Shown one piece after another: positions 1 to 13,400 of a DNA stretch of 64,000 nucleotides. Numbering within the stretch: position 1 is the first letter of the stretch; each line of letters opens with the position of its first letter. The notes under the pieces are model-generated. The model saw nothing but the letters and a program-made list of their open reading frames with translations. It was not told the DNA's origin and searched no databases. Made by a program: the position numbers and the translations under genes. Source of the stretch: Camelus ferus (lineage: Eukaryota); the NCBI RefSeq assembly GCF_009834535.1, contig NC_045696.1, positions 16,804,001-16,868,000 on the forward strand. The letters run 5' to 3'.

Positions 1-39
1 ATAATTTACCTGGTTATGTCAGTAATTAGTTTTGATGAC

Positions 40-520
40 TTCTTTTTAAGTAGTTTTATAGTAAAATCAAATATACCAAAATGGTACAAAAGAAAGGTGT
101 GAAATACAAAGAAATATTATAGGGTGGTAACCAGGTAACTGCTACTCATCAAAAAATAAAATATTGGCCTCACCCACACAGGATCTCCTCATGACCTTTC
201 TCAAATATTACTCTGGTCTCTCATGCCCCCCAAAGTGGCCACTATCCTGATTTTTACACTATTATTTTCAATGAATTTCCTTTTATTACAAAAAAGTGAT
301 ATGTATTCCTTGAAAATCAGCTTATGCTTGAATTGTAGAAAATAAAAAATTAAGATCTCCCCAAATCCCAAATTTCATTCCTCTGTGGAAACTACAGTTA
401 AAAATCCTTTAAATACTTTTCCCACATGTGCACAAATACGCACAAACTTTTTATTTTTTTCAAAATTGAGATCATACAGTACATATTATTCTGCAATTCG
501 CTGAATTTATTAGAAGTACA
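40..520 (-). mobile_element. Old L1 (L1ME-like) 3' UTR fragment
   Basis: Degenerate antisense L1ME-type motifs (e.g. gccactatcctgattttt); boundaries approximate. Confidence 0.45.
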
Positions 521-583
521 TTTTTGGCTCCCATGTATACAAACAATGATGGCTATGGTTACTATAGTAGTTGCAAGGGCAAT

Positions 584-611
584 GTTTTTTTTTTTTTTTT
601 TTTTTTTTTTT
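584..611. repeat. Poly(T) tract
   Basis: Uninterrupted T run seen directly. Confidence 0.95.
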
Positions 612-2192
612 CCCTCACATTATGGGGGTGGGCATATATAAGTGTTAGATGAGAGGGCACTGAATGAGTGTAAGTTGAAGGTGAGGTGAGGTTGGGTGCT
701 GAGGCTTTTTCCTCTTTCTGTGAATCTTAAACTTTTCTTAAATTTCCTACTTTTTCCTGACTCTGAGAAAGATCAAGAAGGAGTGCAAAGACTGAAAGAA
801 TTGGAATCGTCCTGGGTTCTAGGTCTGTCATTGACTGCTTCTAAGACCTTCGGTCTATATTGTGTGACATGAAAAGGATAATGCCAGTCTGGAGAAAGAG
901 GTTTTGAAGATGATTTTAAAAACATATAATAAATTCATTAGTCTTGCATTATCCTAATTGGATTCTTAACACTCGCAAATTTTGTGTGTTCCTTAACATT
1001 GACCAGGAGAGTAGAGGACAATATTTAATGAGTTGTCCCAGGATTTGTTATACATTGCTTAGGTTTTACATAAATCTCAATAAAATTAGATGTTATGGAA
1101 GACAGACTCAAGATATTCTCAGGGTTGTTCATAGAGGTTAAATGACACTAAATTTTCCCCTGTGTGTTGTGCTTTCAAAATAAGGGCCAATTATTTGAAA
1201 GATTTGCCAAGGTGGTTAATGTATTTTTATGGATGTATTTAAAATGAATGAATTTCCTGTTGGGTCATTAACCAAAAGCTGTTAGAACAGAGTTGCTAAG
1301 TCCAGAGGAACATTATTATTATTTTCAAAGGTATTTGTCATGGCAGTGATACAAGCCCCAATGATGGAACATGGGTTTTGGTGCCATGGAAGTAAATTCA
1401 GGATAATCAGATTATAGCTGATGTAATTTAGATGTTTGGAGGGGAGGGATTCCTGATAGCAGAATCTAATAAATGCAGCTCCCAAAATAGAAAGCCTCTC
1501 TCCAGGGGATGACCTTCGTCAAGGGAAAATTTTTCAGTGTGGTGATGCTGACAACAATTTATAAGTTATAAACTTATTTTGCTGGAAGTTTTTAGTTTGG
1601 AGATGACTCTGGAGTTTGAATCTGGTTTGAAATAAGAGTGAGAGTTGGGAAAGGCAAATGGCTTTCCTTTTGCACTAGACCCTTTCATTCTGAGTGTACC
1701 TCCCCATCACTTGAGAATAGCTTCTATCTTCCTCCATTTGTTACTTGTTTCATGGATGACAGTAACTGCTTTACATGCAGTTCGCAGTTTCTCACATGGA
1801 CAGAAAAGGGAACTGAAGCCTAGAACAGTAATTTATGCAAAGTTTGGCAGTCATGAGAAACTCCTGGCAGTTATGAGACCAAAGTCGAACCCTAGATATG
1901 ACTCAAGAGTTGATACTTTTAACAACTATGATCTGATTCCTGTTCTGTGTCTCAGCTACATACAAATGAGTCTTTCTCCAATCCTAGCTGGTGAGCTACT
2001 TTGCGTCTTGTCATCTTAGTGTCCCCATAGTACCAAGCTGGTATCTAAATGTTTGTTGAATCAAATTTGCCATAGTTACAAATTCCTCAGCTCTGCTAGG
2101 GATAGAGGGAAGGCTTAAAATTCAGCTATTGAGCTTTTCAAAAAGAAGCAACAATGTAAGTTTTTGAGTTATTTCAGAAGTCTTGACAATCG

Positions 2193-2211
2193 GTCCTTTA
2201 GAGGGCGCTGG
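2193..2211 (+). promoter_or_regulatory. CTCF-like binding motif
   Basis: GTCCTTTAGAGGGCGCTGG resembles the CTCF core CCACYAGRKGGCRC and retains a CpG in a CpG-poor region. Confidence 0.45.
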
Positions 2212-5189
2212 GGTGTGATTACTCCCTTCAGTGGAATTCCCTCCCTCGTTTATGCATCAGAACAGAGAGATAGATTGAGGTCCTGATACTATCCCAGTGG
2301 GAATGTTTACTTAGGGGGAAAGTGAATGGTATTAAATTTGATTGATATTGGAAATTTTTTGCAAGCACAATGCAGTTCATTAGTTAACTTTGCACAGAAT
2401 TCACCACATTTACCTATAATTTGACATCTTTAAAAATGGTTTGGGTATTTATTTTCTTTCCTTTTTTGAGGGCATCTTAAAAACATCCTGCCTTTATAGT
2501 CACAAATAGGTTCAAGAACCAAACCTTCTAAATAGATTATCATCTGACTAAATATACTGTGTGTAGGTTTAAAGCAGATTCTAGCATCTTGCTTTGAAAG
2601 CAAGTGTTTTGTTAGTTTACACAAATGGTGCTCTTTTATAAAAGCTTATTTCATGCATCAAGCTTATTTTAAAAACATCTAATAAACTTTTTGTGTGTGT
2701 GCACACATATTTCAGTACTACTTTCTAGTATATTCCATCTCATATTAAGCTGTTTTGGAAATGCGATGCCTCTATCTGGTGAATTGATTAGCTCAAGACT
2801 TCCTAAAAATACTTGACTCCTTTGGACAGCATGTGCTTTCTCGTTAATACCTGCAAATACATCAGACATGGATATGATGCTTGAAAGGCTCAGTAAAGAC
2901 ACAGCAGGGGAAGGTTCTGCCAGAAAAGCTTTGACAGGTATTTTTTCAAAGACGTGTGCCTATCTTGTCTCATAGTGCTCCGTTTTTAAAAGGAAGACAG
3001 ACTTCCCCTATGGGAATACTGTTTTTGAATCTTAACCACAACCTCATTACTAATCGGGATGTTCTAGAATTTCATTATGAATCTCCTTGAAAGAGCAGTA
3101 TGTTAACCTCTGGCGAAGTGAGGCAGGGTGAATTTAGTAGTAAGATAAAACAGGATAAACAGAGCACAATGTAAGACTCACTTTGCTTTCTTTTATCACC
3201 CAAACATGAATTTAATTAAGAATAAAGCACGGTTGAGGCAGAATCCTGTGTTCATTTCATGAAAAAATTTAACTTATGAAAGATAGTTTTGAATGTTTAA
3301 AATGCAGCTGAGGATAGAACAGGGGATCCTAATTTGAAGGTTTAATAATTTAAATTTGAGTGAACTCTGATAGTAGAGTGGTAATAGAGACATTCCATCA
3401 GGTTATAGCTGATCTTAATCCTTTCCCCAGTGGATAAAATAAATGTTAAAGAGATAGGAAATGGGGCGGGAGGTGGATACAGAGGAAAAACTTTAACCTG
3501 AAGTTATACTTTTTGTGCATGAGTGAAGCAAATCTACATAGTGGCCACTTAATGAAAAAATAATGTACTGGCCATTCCCTTAGGAGAAACAAGAGATGGA
3601 ACCAGGGTCTCTTAATCAAACGAATGTAGCTAGATATTAAAATCTCAGAGGGGAAAAAGAGATCAGTGCTAAGAAATGTTAAAAAGAAATATTTTCTAAT
3701 ACTCCTAGAAATCTAAGTTTCTTCTGAGATAAGCAGGAAAAGCTCAAGATAGTCTAAGATGATCATGGCCCCTTAAAAGGACATTTGGCCACAGTATCAC
3801 TCGCACTCCCTTCTGCCAAATGAACTGGGATTATACTGTCCCCCACACAGGCTGTTCATGACCACGTGCCAACCTCTTTCCAGGACCTCTACCACCATGG
3901 CTCACCCCCAGGCTGGGAGGAATCAGGGAGATGCAGCATTTACTCGGGTTTAGAAGCTCAGAATTGGAAAGAGACCTGCTCATTGTGGAATTAGTGAAAG
4001 TACGAGTTTTGAATTCCTCTTGACATTTGAGTTTCCTTTAGGAGCACTGAGCTTGTCTATTTCTGTCAATTGGTATGAGCAGCTGTAACTTACAATCCAA
4101 ATAATTAAAATATGTGAGCCATGAATCGCGATTGCATCCATTTATCTGTCTTTTCTCAGACTATAACTGCAGGGTACACAGGCAAAAGCGAACAAAAGAG
4201 GTTGTAATGAGCCACTTCAAATAGTAAAATTGGATGATCTCATGCGAAGACTCCTACAACTGAATATTTAGCAACATGGTCAACAATAAAAGTCCAGGAA
4301 AACAGGCTGAATGTCCTAGGGAAATTAATATCACTGTTACAGCACTTAGGGTGCCTGCAGTGTATACATAGAAGGGCAATTTTAGAGAACTCTGTTAAAG
4401 GAAAAGTTTGTTATGCTGTTGGTATAAACTTTTAAAACTATATTTGCCTGGGATCCTCACTCCCTTTTGGTCACTTTAAATGGACATTACTGTGCTATAA
4501 AAACTTGGAATGGCTTGGACAACTGCAGTGACTTCAAAGGAAATCAATACACACAGTACCAAATTTTACCCAATGGACAAACAGTCTTTTAATACTTAAT
4601 TGTACACAAAGCACAAATCAGGCAGAAAAATGAGCATAGATCACTTTAGCTGATTTTTTTTAACAGGACAGAACAATAACTTCACTGTAGGTCTGTCATC
4701 TGTCTGAATGGTAAAAAGCCACCACCTGGCTTCTTTATAAGACCATTGCTCTCTTAGTAAAGGTCACAATTGCCATTTTGAATGTCCTTTTCAGCAGTCT
4801 ATCTTTCAGCCACAAAATAATAAACTACCCGATACTATGGTCAAAATAAATGCCTTATTTATGTGATACTTCCTGGAGAAGGCAGCCAAGGAACAATGAT
4901 GGTGGTTGGCTGTTTTCTGCAGCATTGTATCTGTGGGACACAAAAGAGCTGGGGGATGTCCTCAGATGGAGTATTCGTCACATTCGCTTTATAGTCATGT
5001 TTCAGATAAATGGATAACAAGACTCCTACAACAGCTAACACTACTACTGCTGTTAATGCTACCATTCTTTGAAATACTGATTCCCCAACAAGCTCATCAT
5101 AGCAAACTGGAAGAAGAAGAAGTCTTAAACCGAATCCATAGGGTTGCCTATCAGATATATGTACGTTGCAAAATCACCTAATTTTATTA

Positions 5190-5292
5190 GCATTGGTTTC
5201 CTCAAACATAAAGTGGGTACAGTAATAATCATACCTGCCTTTCTCACTATATGTTATTATTTTGGAAGTAAGTGAAATTATAAAAGTGCTAA
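5190..5292 (+). mobile_element. MIR SINE core fragment
   Basis: ggtttcctcaaacataaagtggg...aataatcatacctgcct resembles the MIR core. Confidence 0.6.
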
Positions 5293-6199
5293 CTCTGGGG
5301 ACAATTTAGGGAAATCTGCTAAACATTGAAGTTGGTGGAATTTATTTTCCAGAACTCAAACTGAGTTAATGATATATTATCCCATGGAGCAATATGAACA
5401 TGCGTACGGATGAGTAGATCTATGCAATGATTTTGGAATGTCCAAAGCCAGCTCTGCTCAGGCCTTAATGTGCTTACTCCTCTGATCTTCAAGCTGCTGC
5501 TGGCTTATTCTGCAATAGGGACTGCGAGTATCACCATCTAGGGAGATCTAGCTTATTCAGGGTCTAAAGTAGACCACCAAATAGGAAATTGAAAAAGTCA
5601 GCATTAAATGATTGAGTTTTTCTTCCCTTTTTGTCTTCTTTTTATTTCATCTATTCTCTATGCTTCACTCAGAGTCAGTAAGTACAAATCCGCTATACCT
5701 GGGTTCTGTAGGGTTAACCACCAAGAATTAAGCCGTGACTACTCAACTAGAGCCTTTTTACCATGTTGTTTTAGTTGAGTTATTTCAAAATAAAGTAGGG
5801 TTCAATATTTTAGAGTGAGGGAAATTTATTGGGTGGAAAGCACATAGGGCAGTTATCCTAAAGAGATTGATTGATGAAAAATCAACCTTCAGGCTAAGGC
5901 TAAGGGCAGCATTTAAGGAGATTAAAAAGCAAACGAAACAACCTCATTTTTTTCCTGGCTAATTGTTTATATTTGTGTCCATTCAGAATGCTTTCAGGTG
6001 CTATTAAAAAAAAAAAAAAAGACAACAACAAAGAGAAGCATTGGGCCAGTCAATGCAGAATTAATGATAAATACAGGACAGTTGAATGTGAGTACCAAAG
6101 GAATAAAAATGGCAAGATGACACTGAGGACAGCAGTGACACAAGCCTTCCTCTCCAGAGCTCCAACATTATCCTCAAACTAGGCTGAGCTGCTCTCCTT

Positions 6200-6940
6200 T
6201 TTAATTTTAAAGAGAAAGACAGTTATATGAGATACTTCATACCCGTGAACTCATCACAATCAGTGTCCATACGTGGTAACATTTGCTTTAGAATACTTTA
6301 ATATGAAATAAAATATTATAGATAACATGTTAAGTTTTCTTTGTTTCCGTCCCAGTGTAATTTTCCTCTCCTTCCCCAGGAGGAAACATTATTTCGAGTT
6401 TGGTATCCATCCTCATATTTCACCCAATTATAAGAAAATTTAAGATAGATATGTAAAGACACATATGTGTATATAAGACCTATATGTCCATAAACAGTAG
6501 TTAGCTTTGCTTTTTAATTTACATAAATGCTCTCAGCCTGAGGGCAGACTTTTTGCTCAGCATAACTAAGATATCTGTCTATGTCAACGCATATAGATTT
6601 GTTTTATTTTTCTCTGTTTTATGTAAAATGTACATTATTTCATCACATAAATGTACCACATTTTATTCATCCATTCCTATATTAATGGGCTTTTTGATTA
6701 TTTTATCACAATGCTATGATAAAATTCTTTGTGAAGGTGTTCTTATGCCCAAGCTCTTGAAAACTTCCGTAGGCTTTACAGCTCTAAGTGAAGTAACTGG
6801 ATAAACTATGCACACTTTCAAGTTTAACAGGGCATCAAGTTGCTCTAGAAATGGATTACATCAGTACGCCTGTATACCTGCAGCAAGCACATAATTGCTT
6901 AGATTCTGTATTGTCTGATGATGTTCATATCTGAGTTTTC
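6200..6940 (-). mobile_element. Old L1 (L1ME-like) fragment
   Basis: Antisense L1 3' motifs: tttttgctcagcata, aaatgtaccacattttattcatccattcc. Confidence 0.65.
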
Positions 6941-7804
6941 TTTTACTTGATCTTTAAGGGATCGAGCTTCAGAGGTATGTGCCAGAAAGAACTAGGTAAG
7001 ACGTCTAGCATCTTAATTTGGCAGAGAATTAATGTAGGATCCACGCTAGGCGAGGGCTAGCTCTTAGAGAAGTGACTGTGTTCAACTGCAGTTCTGTTCT
7101 TAGGTATTTACTTGGAGGACAGGACACGAGCAGCGAGCAGAGCTGAATAATTTTAGTTTCTGCTTATTAACAGAGAGGAACACCTTCTGCTTTGCCAACC
7201 TGGCCCTTCCTGGCTTGGGTGGGTGTAGTTTGTGCCTGAGGAGAGCCAATACTTATGACAAGATGATGCCCAGAAATTCGACACACACAGGCGTGCACAG
7301 CCAAATAGAAGGCTTTTTCCTTGGTTATAATTTTGTTCTTTGATTTTGGGGGATTCCTGGTTATGAAAGTTACTGAGAGACAAATTTCAATTGTCACTCT
7401 AATACTTGAGGAATAATTCATCATTCAGCTCAGTGCAGAATAAACAGTGACGATGATGCTTAAAAACATCCTGTTACTACTTTTTCTGAAATGAATGAAA
7501 TCTCAAGTTCAGTTCATTTAGGGCATGTTGGGGTGTACAAAATATTCAACACGATGGCAGATAGTCTTCTGTTTGCCTGGGATGACTGTGCTCTCGTGGT
7601 CCACCTGTGAATGAATGAATCCCATCTTCTTCAAGCCTTTGCTCAAGCATCCCTATCTACAAGAGGACTTTCTCAGTGCACACCCTTCTGTGTTCACTCA
7701 TCTGCACCCAAACTACAAATTTTCTTTTTCACAATGGAAACCCTTGTATCACCATATTGAAATTGCACATTTAGATGCATGTCTCTTTAACAACATTGTG
7801 AAAG

Positions 7805-8055
7805 AGGCAGCATGGGGAAGCAGATGAAGTGGAGACTTTAGATTGGACTGTCTTGGGTTGAAACCTAGCTTCATTGTTAGTATCTGTGTGACGTGGGGCA
7901 CATTCCTTTAACTTTCTGTACCGCGGTTTTCTCATCTATAAGATGCATATAAAAACCTACCTATTGCCTAGTTTCGTCATGAAGATTAAGTTAGTATTAG
8001 TTAATACATGAAAGTATTTGGAAGAATGATGGGGATGTGGAGAACACAATAATGG
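7805..8055 (+). mobile_element. MIR SINE, near full length
   Basis: gaggcagcatgg...tgggttgaaacctagct...tgtgtgacgtggggca...ttttctcatctataagatg...gaagattaa follows MIR consensus order. Confidence 0.8.
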
Positions 8056-8480
8056 TAGCTATGCCTGTCCTTATGTCCTTTAGGGCGGGTCCTGTGTCTT
8101 CACCTCTGGATCCAAAGTACCTTGCCCTATATCTGGCAACTGAACTGTTGCAGAGAAATACGTGTTCAATTCAGCAAGCACAGATGTACCTATTTCCTGA
8201 ACAAGCATCTATATAGTGTACATTTCCTTCCAGTTGGCATGTGTTCCATTTTTACATCAGCCTTAGAGATGCCTGTTAGCTATTCTTTGTTTTGACAGAT
8301 TTTTAACTTAAGTTGTCACCTTCATGCCAAGTCTGCCTGATAAGTTATGAAAAGAGGTGGGGAAGCATGAAAACTTTTAACAGCAGGGAGCATCTTATTG
8401 GCAGAGCATTGGGGAACAAAGGCATTTTGGAATGTTACATTATCTAAGCTACATGCCTGAGAAAGACATTTATTTATAGA

Positions 8481-8499
8481 TTCCACTAGAAGGTGCTGT
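8481..8499 (+). promoter_or_regulatory. Weaker CTCF-like motif
   Basis: TTCCACTAGAAGGTGCTGT has two deviations from the core. Confidence 0.25.
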
Positions 8500-10456
8500 C
8501 CTCCCTCAGTGTAATGGATGGATATGTTTGGAGAAGACCAGATTGTTTTAAGAGTTTCACATAAATTGTTACAGCCACAGGCTGTGAGGTTAAAAAAACT
8601 TTAACTTTAAAAGTGTTTATTTTTGAGTCAGATGCTATCTTTTGATCACAAATTTCTCTTAGAACATAATGTTAAGTAAAAAATTTATGTACACAAAATA
8701 TTTCACATTGAAAAGTCTTACCTCTGTGGGTCCCTTAATTGGCACAGCACATTTTAAATGTTTGGGAAGAGTGTTAATAAAGGAAATTGCAAAAGTTTTT
8801 AGAAATGTAAAAGCATCTTAAATTCTAGCTTTTTTTCTCAGGCACCTGTTTTTTTCAATTAAAGTGGGAATGCATGTGGCTGTACATAATATAGATCTGT
8901 AACTTTTCATCCAGGGTGTTAAAATGGGTGGATCGGATCTCTGCTGAGTGTTGTAGTCTGTATCTTACAAGCACTCTTTAAAAAAGAGCTTATTATAGGC
9001 TGGGTAGACTTTGATATGCCTCAGAAAGATAATCCAGAAATAAAATTTAAAGTTAATTTACCAATTGATTCCATACTCTGCACCAGTCCCTGGACCCTTG
9101 AGTTTAAGTTTACAAAAAACATGCTAACTGAAAAGAGAAAAGAGGGAGGGGAAATTCACATAGAGGAAGAAAATGTGAGAAATGAAAACTAGGCTCACTG
9201 AAAACCAGGTGAAGTACTTGGAATGGTGTAGTTTAAGTTCAGATTTACGTGATTTGTGTTCACATGAAAGTCTTGTTCTAAGCCTATTAGAGATGGTGAT
9301 TCAGTATATGGTGCGTTTATCTGTATTTATTTGAAGGAGTTCGTGTTCTAATGCAGATGACAAGAATAAAGCAAAAATAATGGAATTGTTCATTATTAGG
9401 CTAGACCATGTGGGTTTTGTGTTTCACATTTCCTTCTCAGTCTTCTCCCAAGGGAGAGACTTTCAGTGTTCTGAGCAGAGAAGCCAGGTGTGTTATGAGA
9501 ACATAAAATTTCCTTTTTAACTCCATGAAATTGATTTAAGAGGACATATTTGCTTTTCCACAATTCACAGAAATGACTCAGAGAAATTAAAAATACCAAC
9601 TCCCTTCGGTGACGCTTCACTTTCTTTCATGGCAGGTCTGCTTTCCCCATAAACAATTTCTTATACTAAGAAAGCCTCAAGAATATAGTCGATTAATACC
9701 CCTTGAAAAAAAATCTATAATGATAAATGGTGTAATAAATAAGTGAAAGCATGCAATAATAATGAGTTTTTTAAAATAGAAATTGAAAGAAAGGAAATAA
9801 AGTATATCGATTAACCAAGACTTCCCTCCAGAAATCTAACACTCTTGTAACTTTTTTCAATATTTTATAATGCCATTATCCTTATGTATTCATATATATT
9901 TCTAAAAGTTCTGTTAACTCTGCCTATTTACTAGGCTTATATAGAGAAACAAAGAAAATAACTCTCTATCTCAGCTAGATGTAGTCTTTTTCTCAGTTTA
10001 TTTATTTTTATAGTTTGTGTATTACTAGACTTCATTTTCAAAAGATGACACGCCCACTGCTCACAGCAGCTGCAATCCATTAGCCTAATGGATTGGAGTT
10101 AGAGGTTGCCTTAGGAATTGTCTATTGTGTGGTGAAATCAAATGTAAACCCTACTGTGAAAAGTCTTGACACTATTAAATGTGAAAAACACAATGTGTTC
10201 AATAAGATGTTAAGAAAAGAGATGTAGGGCATTTGACTAACCAACCAGAAAGTAATACAAAGTTTATGCCAGAATAGAAGCTATTCGTGTTTTCTTGTTG
10301 GAGTTTAGCAGAGTAATCATGCCCCATCGTTCACCGCCCAGCAGTGCTGGATAAATAGTACTAACTGCTTAATTATCTCCTTTTCCTGCTAATACTGGCC
10401 GTAGACAATTGCTATATCCATCTTATTCTTCCTCAGAATTCTACCTCATGAACACT

Positions 10457-10545
10457 TTTATTCATTCATTCAACAGAAACATCTGAGTGCCTGCTCTGTG
10501 CCAGACATTGTGAAGGTACAAGGTTTATAGTCATGCCAAAGCCAG
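10457..10545 (-). mobile_element. L2 3' end
   Basis: attcattcattcaacagaaacatctgagtgcctgctctgtgccagac is the antisense L2 terminus. Confidence 0.75.
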
Positions 10546-11595
10546 CCGGTGACTAAAGAGGGACAATCACAGTGCTTGTCTCACTCTCACGTCCTCTCAG
10601 CTCCATCACAGGCCATCATTACTACCTGGGCAACACAGGTCGATCCGGGAACTTTCTGCCTAGGGTCAGGTCTGCGAGCAACAGCATGGGCTTTGCCATA
10701 CTTGAGTTCAGTATCATCAGAGAGAGGAACGTGAGGAAAGAAAGGCCCAGCACTCCTTCCAGGGGCCATCTAATGCTGACAAGAAACAGCTGTCTGGTCA
10801 GGTGAGCTACCTGTGGACAGGTGGCCTAGCAGGGGCACTTCTGGGAGAGCTGCGTGTTGTCTGACTTGGAGAGGAGCAGTCATGCCTGCCACCGCTTTGA
10901 TGGAGGGTGCTGAGACACCTTGACTCACCTGTCCAAACCTAGAGATGAAGAGCCCTGAAAGGTCATTTGTGTCGTGTCCTGTCTCCTTATCCTCTTTTGG
11001 GAACACTTCACTGATTTATCTGAAGGTAGCTTTCTCCTACAGTAATGTTTGTCATTGATACAGAAAATAAAACAAATATTTAAATATAATGCTCGATTAT
11101 GTAGAAGTTTGACTTTCAGACAATATAAACAAGATCACAACTGTAAGTTCACAGGAGATGTTATTCTCAAATATACATTTTGAAAAAAGGAAAGCAAATA
11201 GGAAATAAACCAGATTCAAAGGCGACCAGTCTTCAGAAGTTGAATATAAATCTTAACTTTTATAAGCTTAATACTGTTTTTTTTTTCATTGAAGTATCGT
11301 AGGAAACAAAAAGTTGAATTGTAGTCTGTTAACATTTAATCATTTAGGAAATAGCTTCTCTTTGAATGTTGGATTAACTTTTCTGAGGGTGAACAAGTAA
11401 CTCTTCTTGTTTTTATGTCTTTGTTCCTCTCGCATACTCGGTCTCACACTAACAGATACATTCATACAACCATATAAACAGAATTCATATATTTATTTAG
11501 CCAATAATCTATAGTAGTATTTCTTACATGCTAAGCACTATGCTAGGTGCAGAGAAAATTACACAGCAAATTGGTTCCTGACCATCATCCTGTAC

Positions 11596-11711
11596 TTTTT
11601 TTTGAGGGGGTTATAATTAGGTTATTTATTTATCGGAGGGACTGGGGGTTGAACATAGGACCTCGTGCATGCAAGGCATTCACTCCACCACTGAGCTATA
11701 CTCCCCACCCC
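11596..11711 (-). mobile_element. Vic-1-type camelid tRNA-derived SINE
   Basis: Reverse complement has an A box (TAGCTCAGTGG), a B-box-like GTTCAACCC and an A-rich tail; flanked by TSD ca[t/g]cctgtac (11586-11595 / 11712-11721). Confidence 0.85.
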
Positions 11712-11737
11712 CAGCCTGTACATTTGGAAGATGAAGC

Positions 11738-11825
11738 ATTCATTCATTCATTCATTCAACAGGCAATTATTGATTGACTATTTTGTGCCAATTACACATG
11801 TGTTAGTTAAATAATGAATAAACGA
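11738..11825 (-). mobile_element. L2 3' end
   Basis: (ATTC)n followed by aacaggcaattattgattgactattttgtgcc. Confidence 0.6.
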
Positions 11826-12934
11826 GGTGTGGATATGAGGGGCTGGTGTTGAGGAACTGGAGAAATGGTGACTAGCGGAGAAGCTAAATCAACCAGGCAG
11901 GAAGACTAGGTTTCCAAAGGATTAATAAACCGGATAAGGTAGAGTCCAAGTGCACAACAGGAAGGCAGGAACTAAGAAGAACAGAAGCCATCAACCATTT
12001 CAAGTGGGAAGAGAGTGTAAGGAGGAGACACGGGGAGCCTGCAGTGAGGCTGGGGAAAGAGCTGTTTCCATCCCAGACGTGGTGTAGATGTGGGGATAAT
12101 CAAGGGCTGGTATGAAAGGAGCGCCCTCTGAAGTGGATGGTTGGGGAAAGGGATCAGATTTGGGTGAATTGAGGGGGAAGAGGGATCATTTCTTCTGGGA
12201 GGTGAGATTACAAGCTGTGCACAGGCTTGGAAATAAAAGGGACAGATACAAATAAACTGGAGCATCTGAAATAGAACCTGAGATGAATGAACTAAGGTAG
12301 ATTAATTGTTACTCTAAATGAAAAGTTTACAAACTATTGCTGCTGGGCCTGGTTGTTCCACTTTGCCTGCATCATGTAAATGTTACGACTACTCTTCAAA
12401 TAAATTGCTTAATTAAGCTCTTGGTAGTCACTGTAAGCTATACCTGAAAGAATCTTAATATTTTATATTTTCCACAAGAATTGAAGGTAGGTTTGGGGGG
12501 ATTAAAATTTTAATAGGGCATCCAGGGGAAGAGTCTTTACTGGGAAGTGACATTTAAGTAAAGACCTGAAGGAAGTAAGTGAGAGAAACTTTTCAAAGAA
12601 TAGGAAGAACAAATAAAAATGTTAAGTCTTCTACTTATTTCTATGTCTGTTTCTGGCTCCAGATTTGTTTCATTGCTTCATTGTAAAAATAAATAAATAA
12701 ATAAAAATACCTACACCAAATGACCCTGTGTTAAATAATTTGGTTTTATAATAGAATGAATTCAATAAGGGTAAATACCTAATATAGTTCCTCTACAGAG
12801 ATATCTTGGTTATTCCTGAAATTTTCTGTAACATATCAGTTTTGATATTCAGCATGTTGATTTTCTTAAAAAAAAAAATCCCATTTGAAATTTTATGGAA
12901 GTTGCCTTAAATCAAAATGTACATAAAATTCATC

Positions 12935-13400
12935 ACTCAATTCCAACTTGGGAGGGGGCTCCCAGCCATCCAAAAAATTCTCTGTGACACCAGCTGGATG
13001 TCCTACAATTCAACTAAATTCAGACACAACTTACCCAGATATAGCATCAGATCCCACAGGTCAAGGGCTCAGTCCTTCACCAAATTCAGATACCAGTCAC
13101 CCAAGTTATCACCTGCGCTTCTGCCCTACTGGGTATGGGCTAGAGATTCTAAGGGCTCCCTCCTTGGACTTGATTAATTTGCTAAAGCAGTACAGAGAAC
13201 ACACAGATTTACCTGCTGGATCACAGGTTTATCATAAAAGGAGATAACTTAGAACAGCCAGATGGAAGAGACGCACCTGGCAAAGGTAAGTGAGATGGGG
13301 CTCAGAGCTTCCATACCCTGTCCCAGAGCAAAACCTTCCCCAAATCTGCACGTGTTTTCTAACTTAGAAGCTCTCCAAACCCCACCCCTTGGTTTTTTAT
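12935..13400 (-). mobile_element. MER21-family LTR, partial
   Basis: gacaccagctggatgtcctacaattcaa...atcagatcccacaggtcaagggctcagtcc...ttgattaatttgct resembles antisense MER21; homologous to the + copy at 56420-57193. Confidence 0.8.

Noticed and set aside
4247..5032. Exact 14-mer AAGACTCCTACAAC at 4247 and 5019
   Set aside because: Flanking similarity is minimal, and a match of this length is plausible by chance in 64 kb
4990..5070. Possible NUMT (CTA-rich, mtDNA-like composition)
   Set aside because: No recognisable mitochondrial protein or RNA sequence
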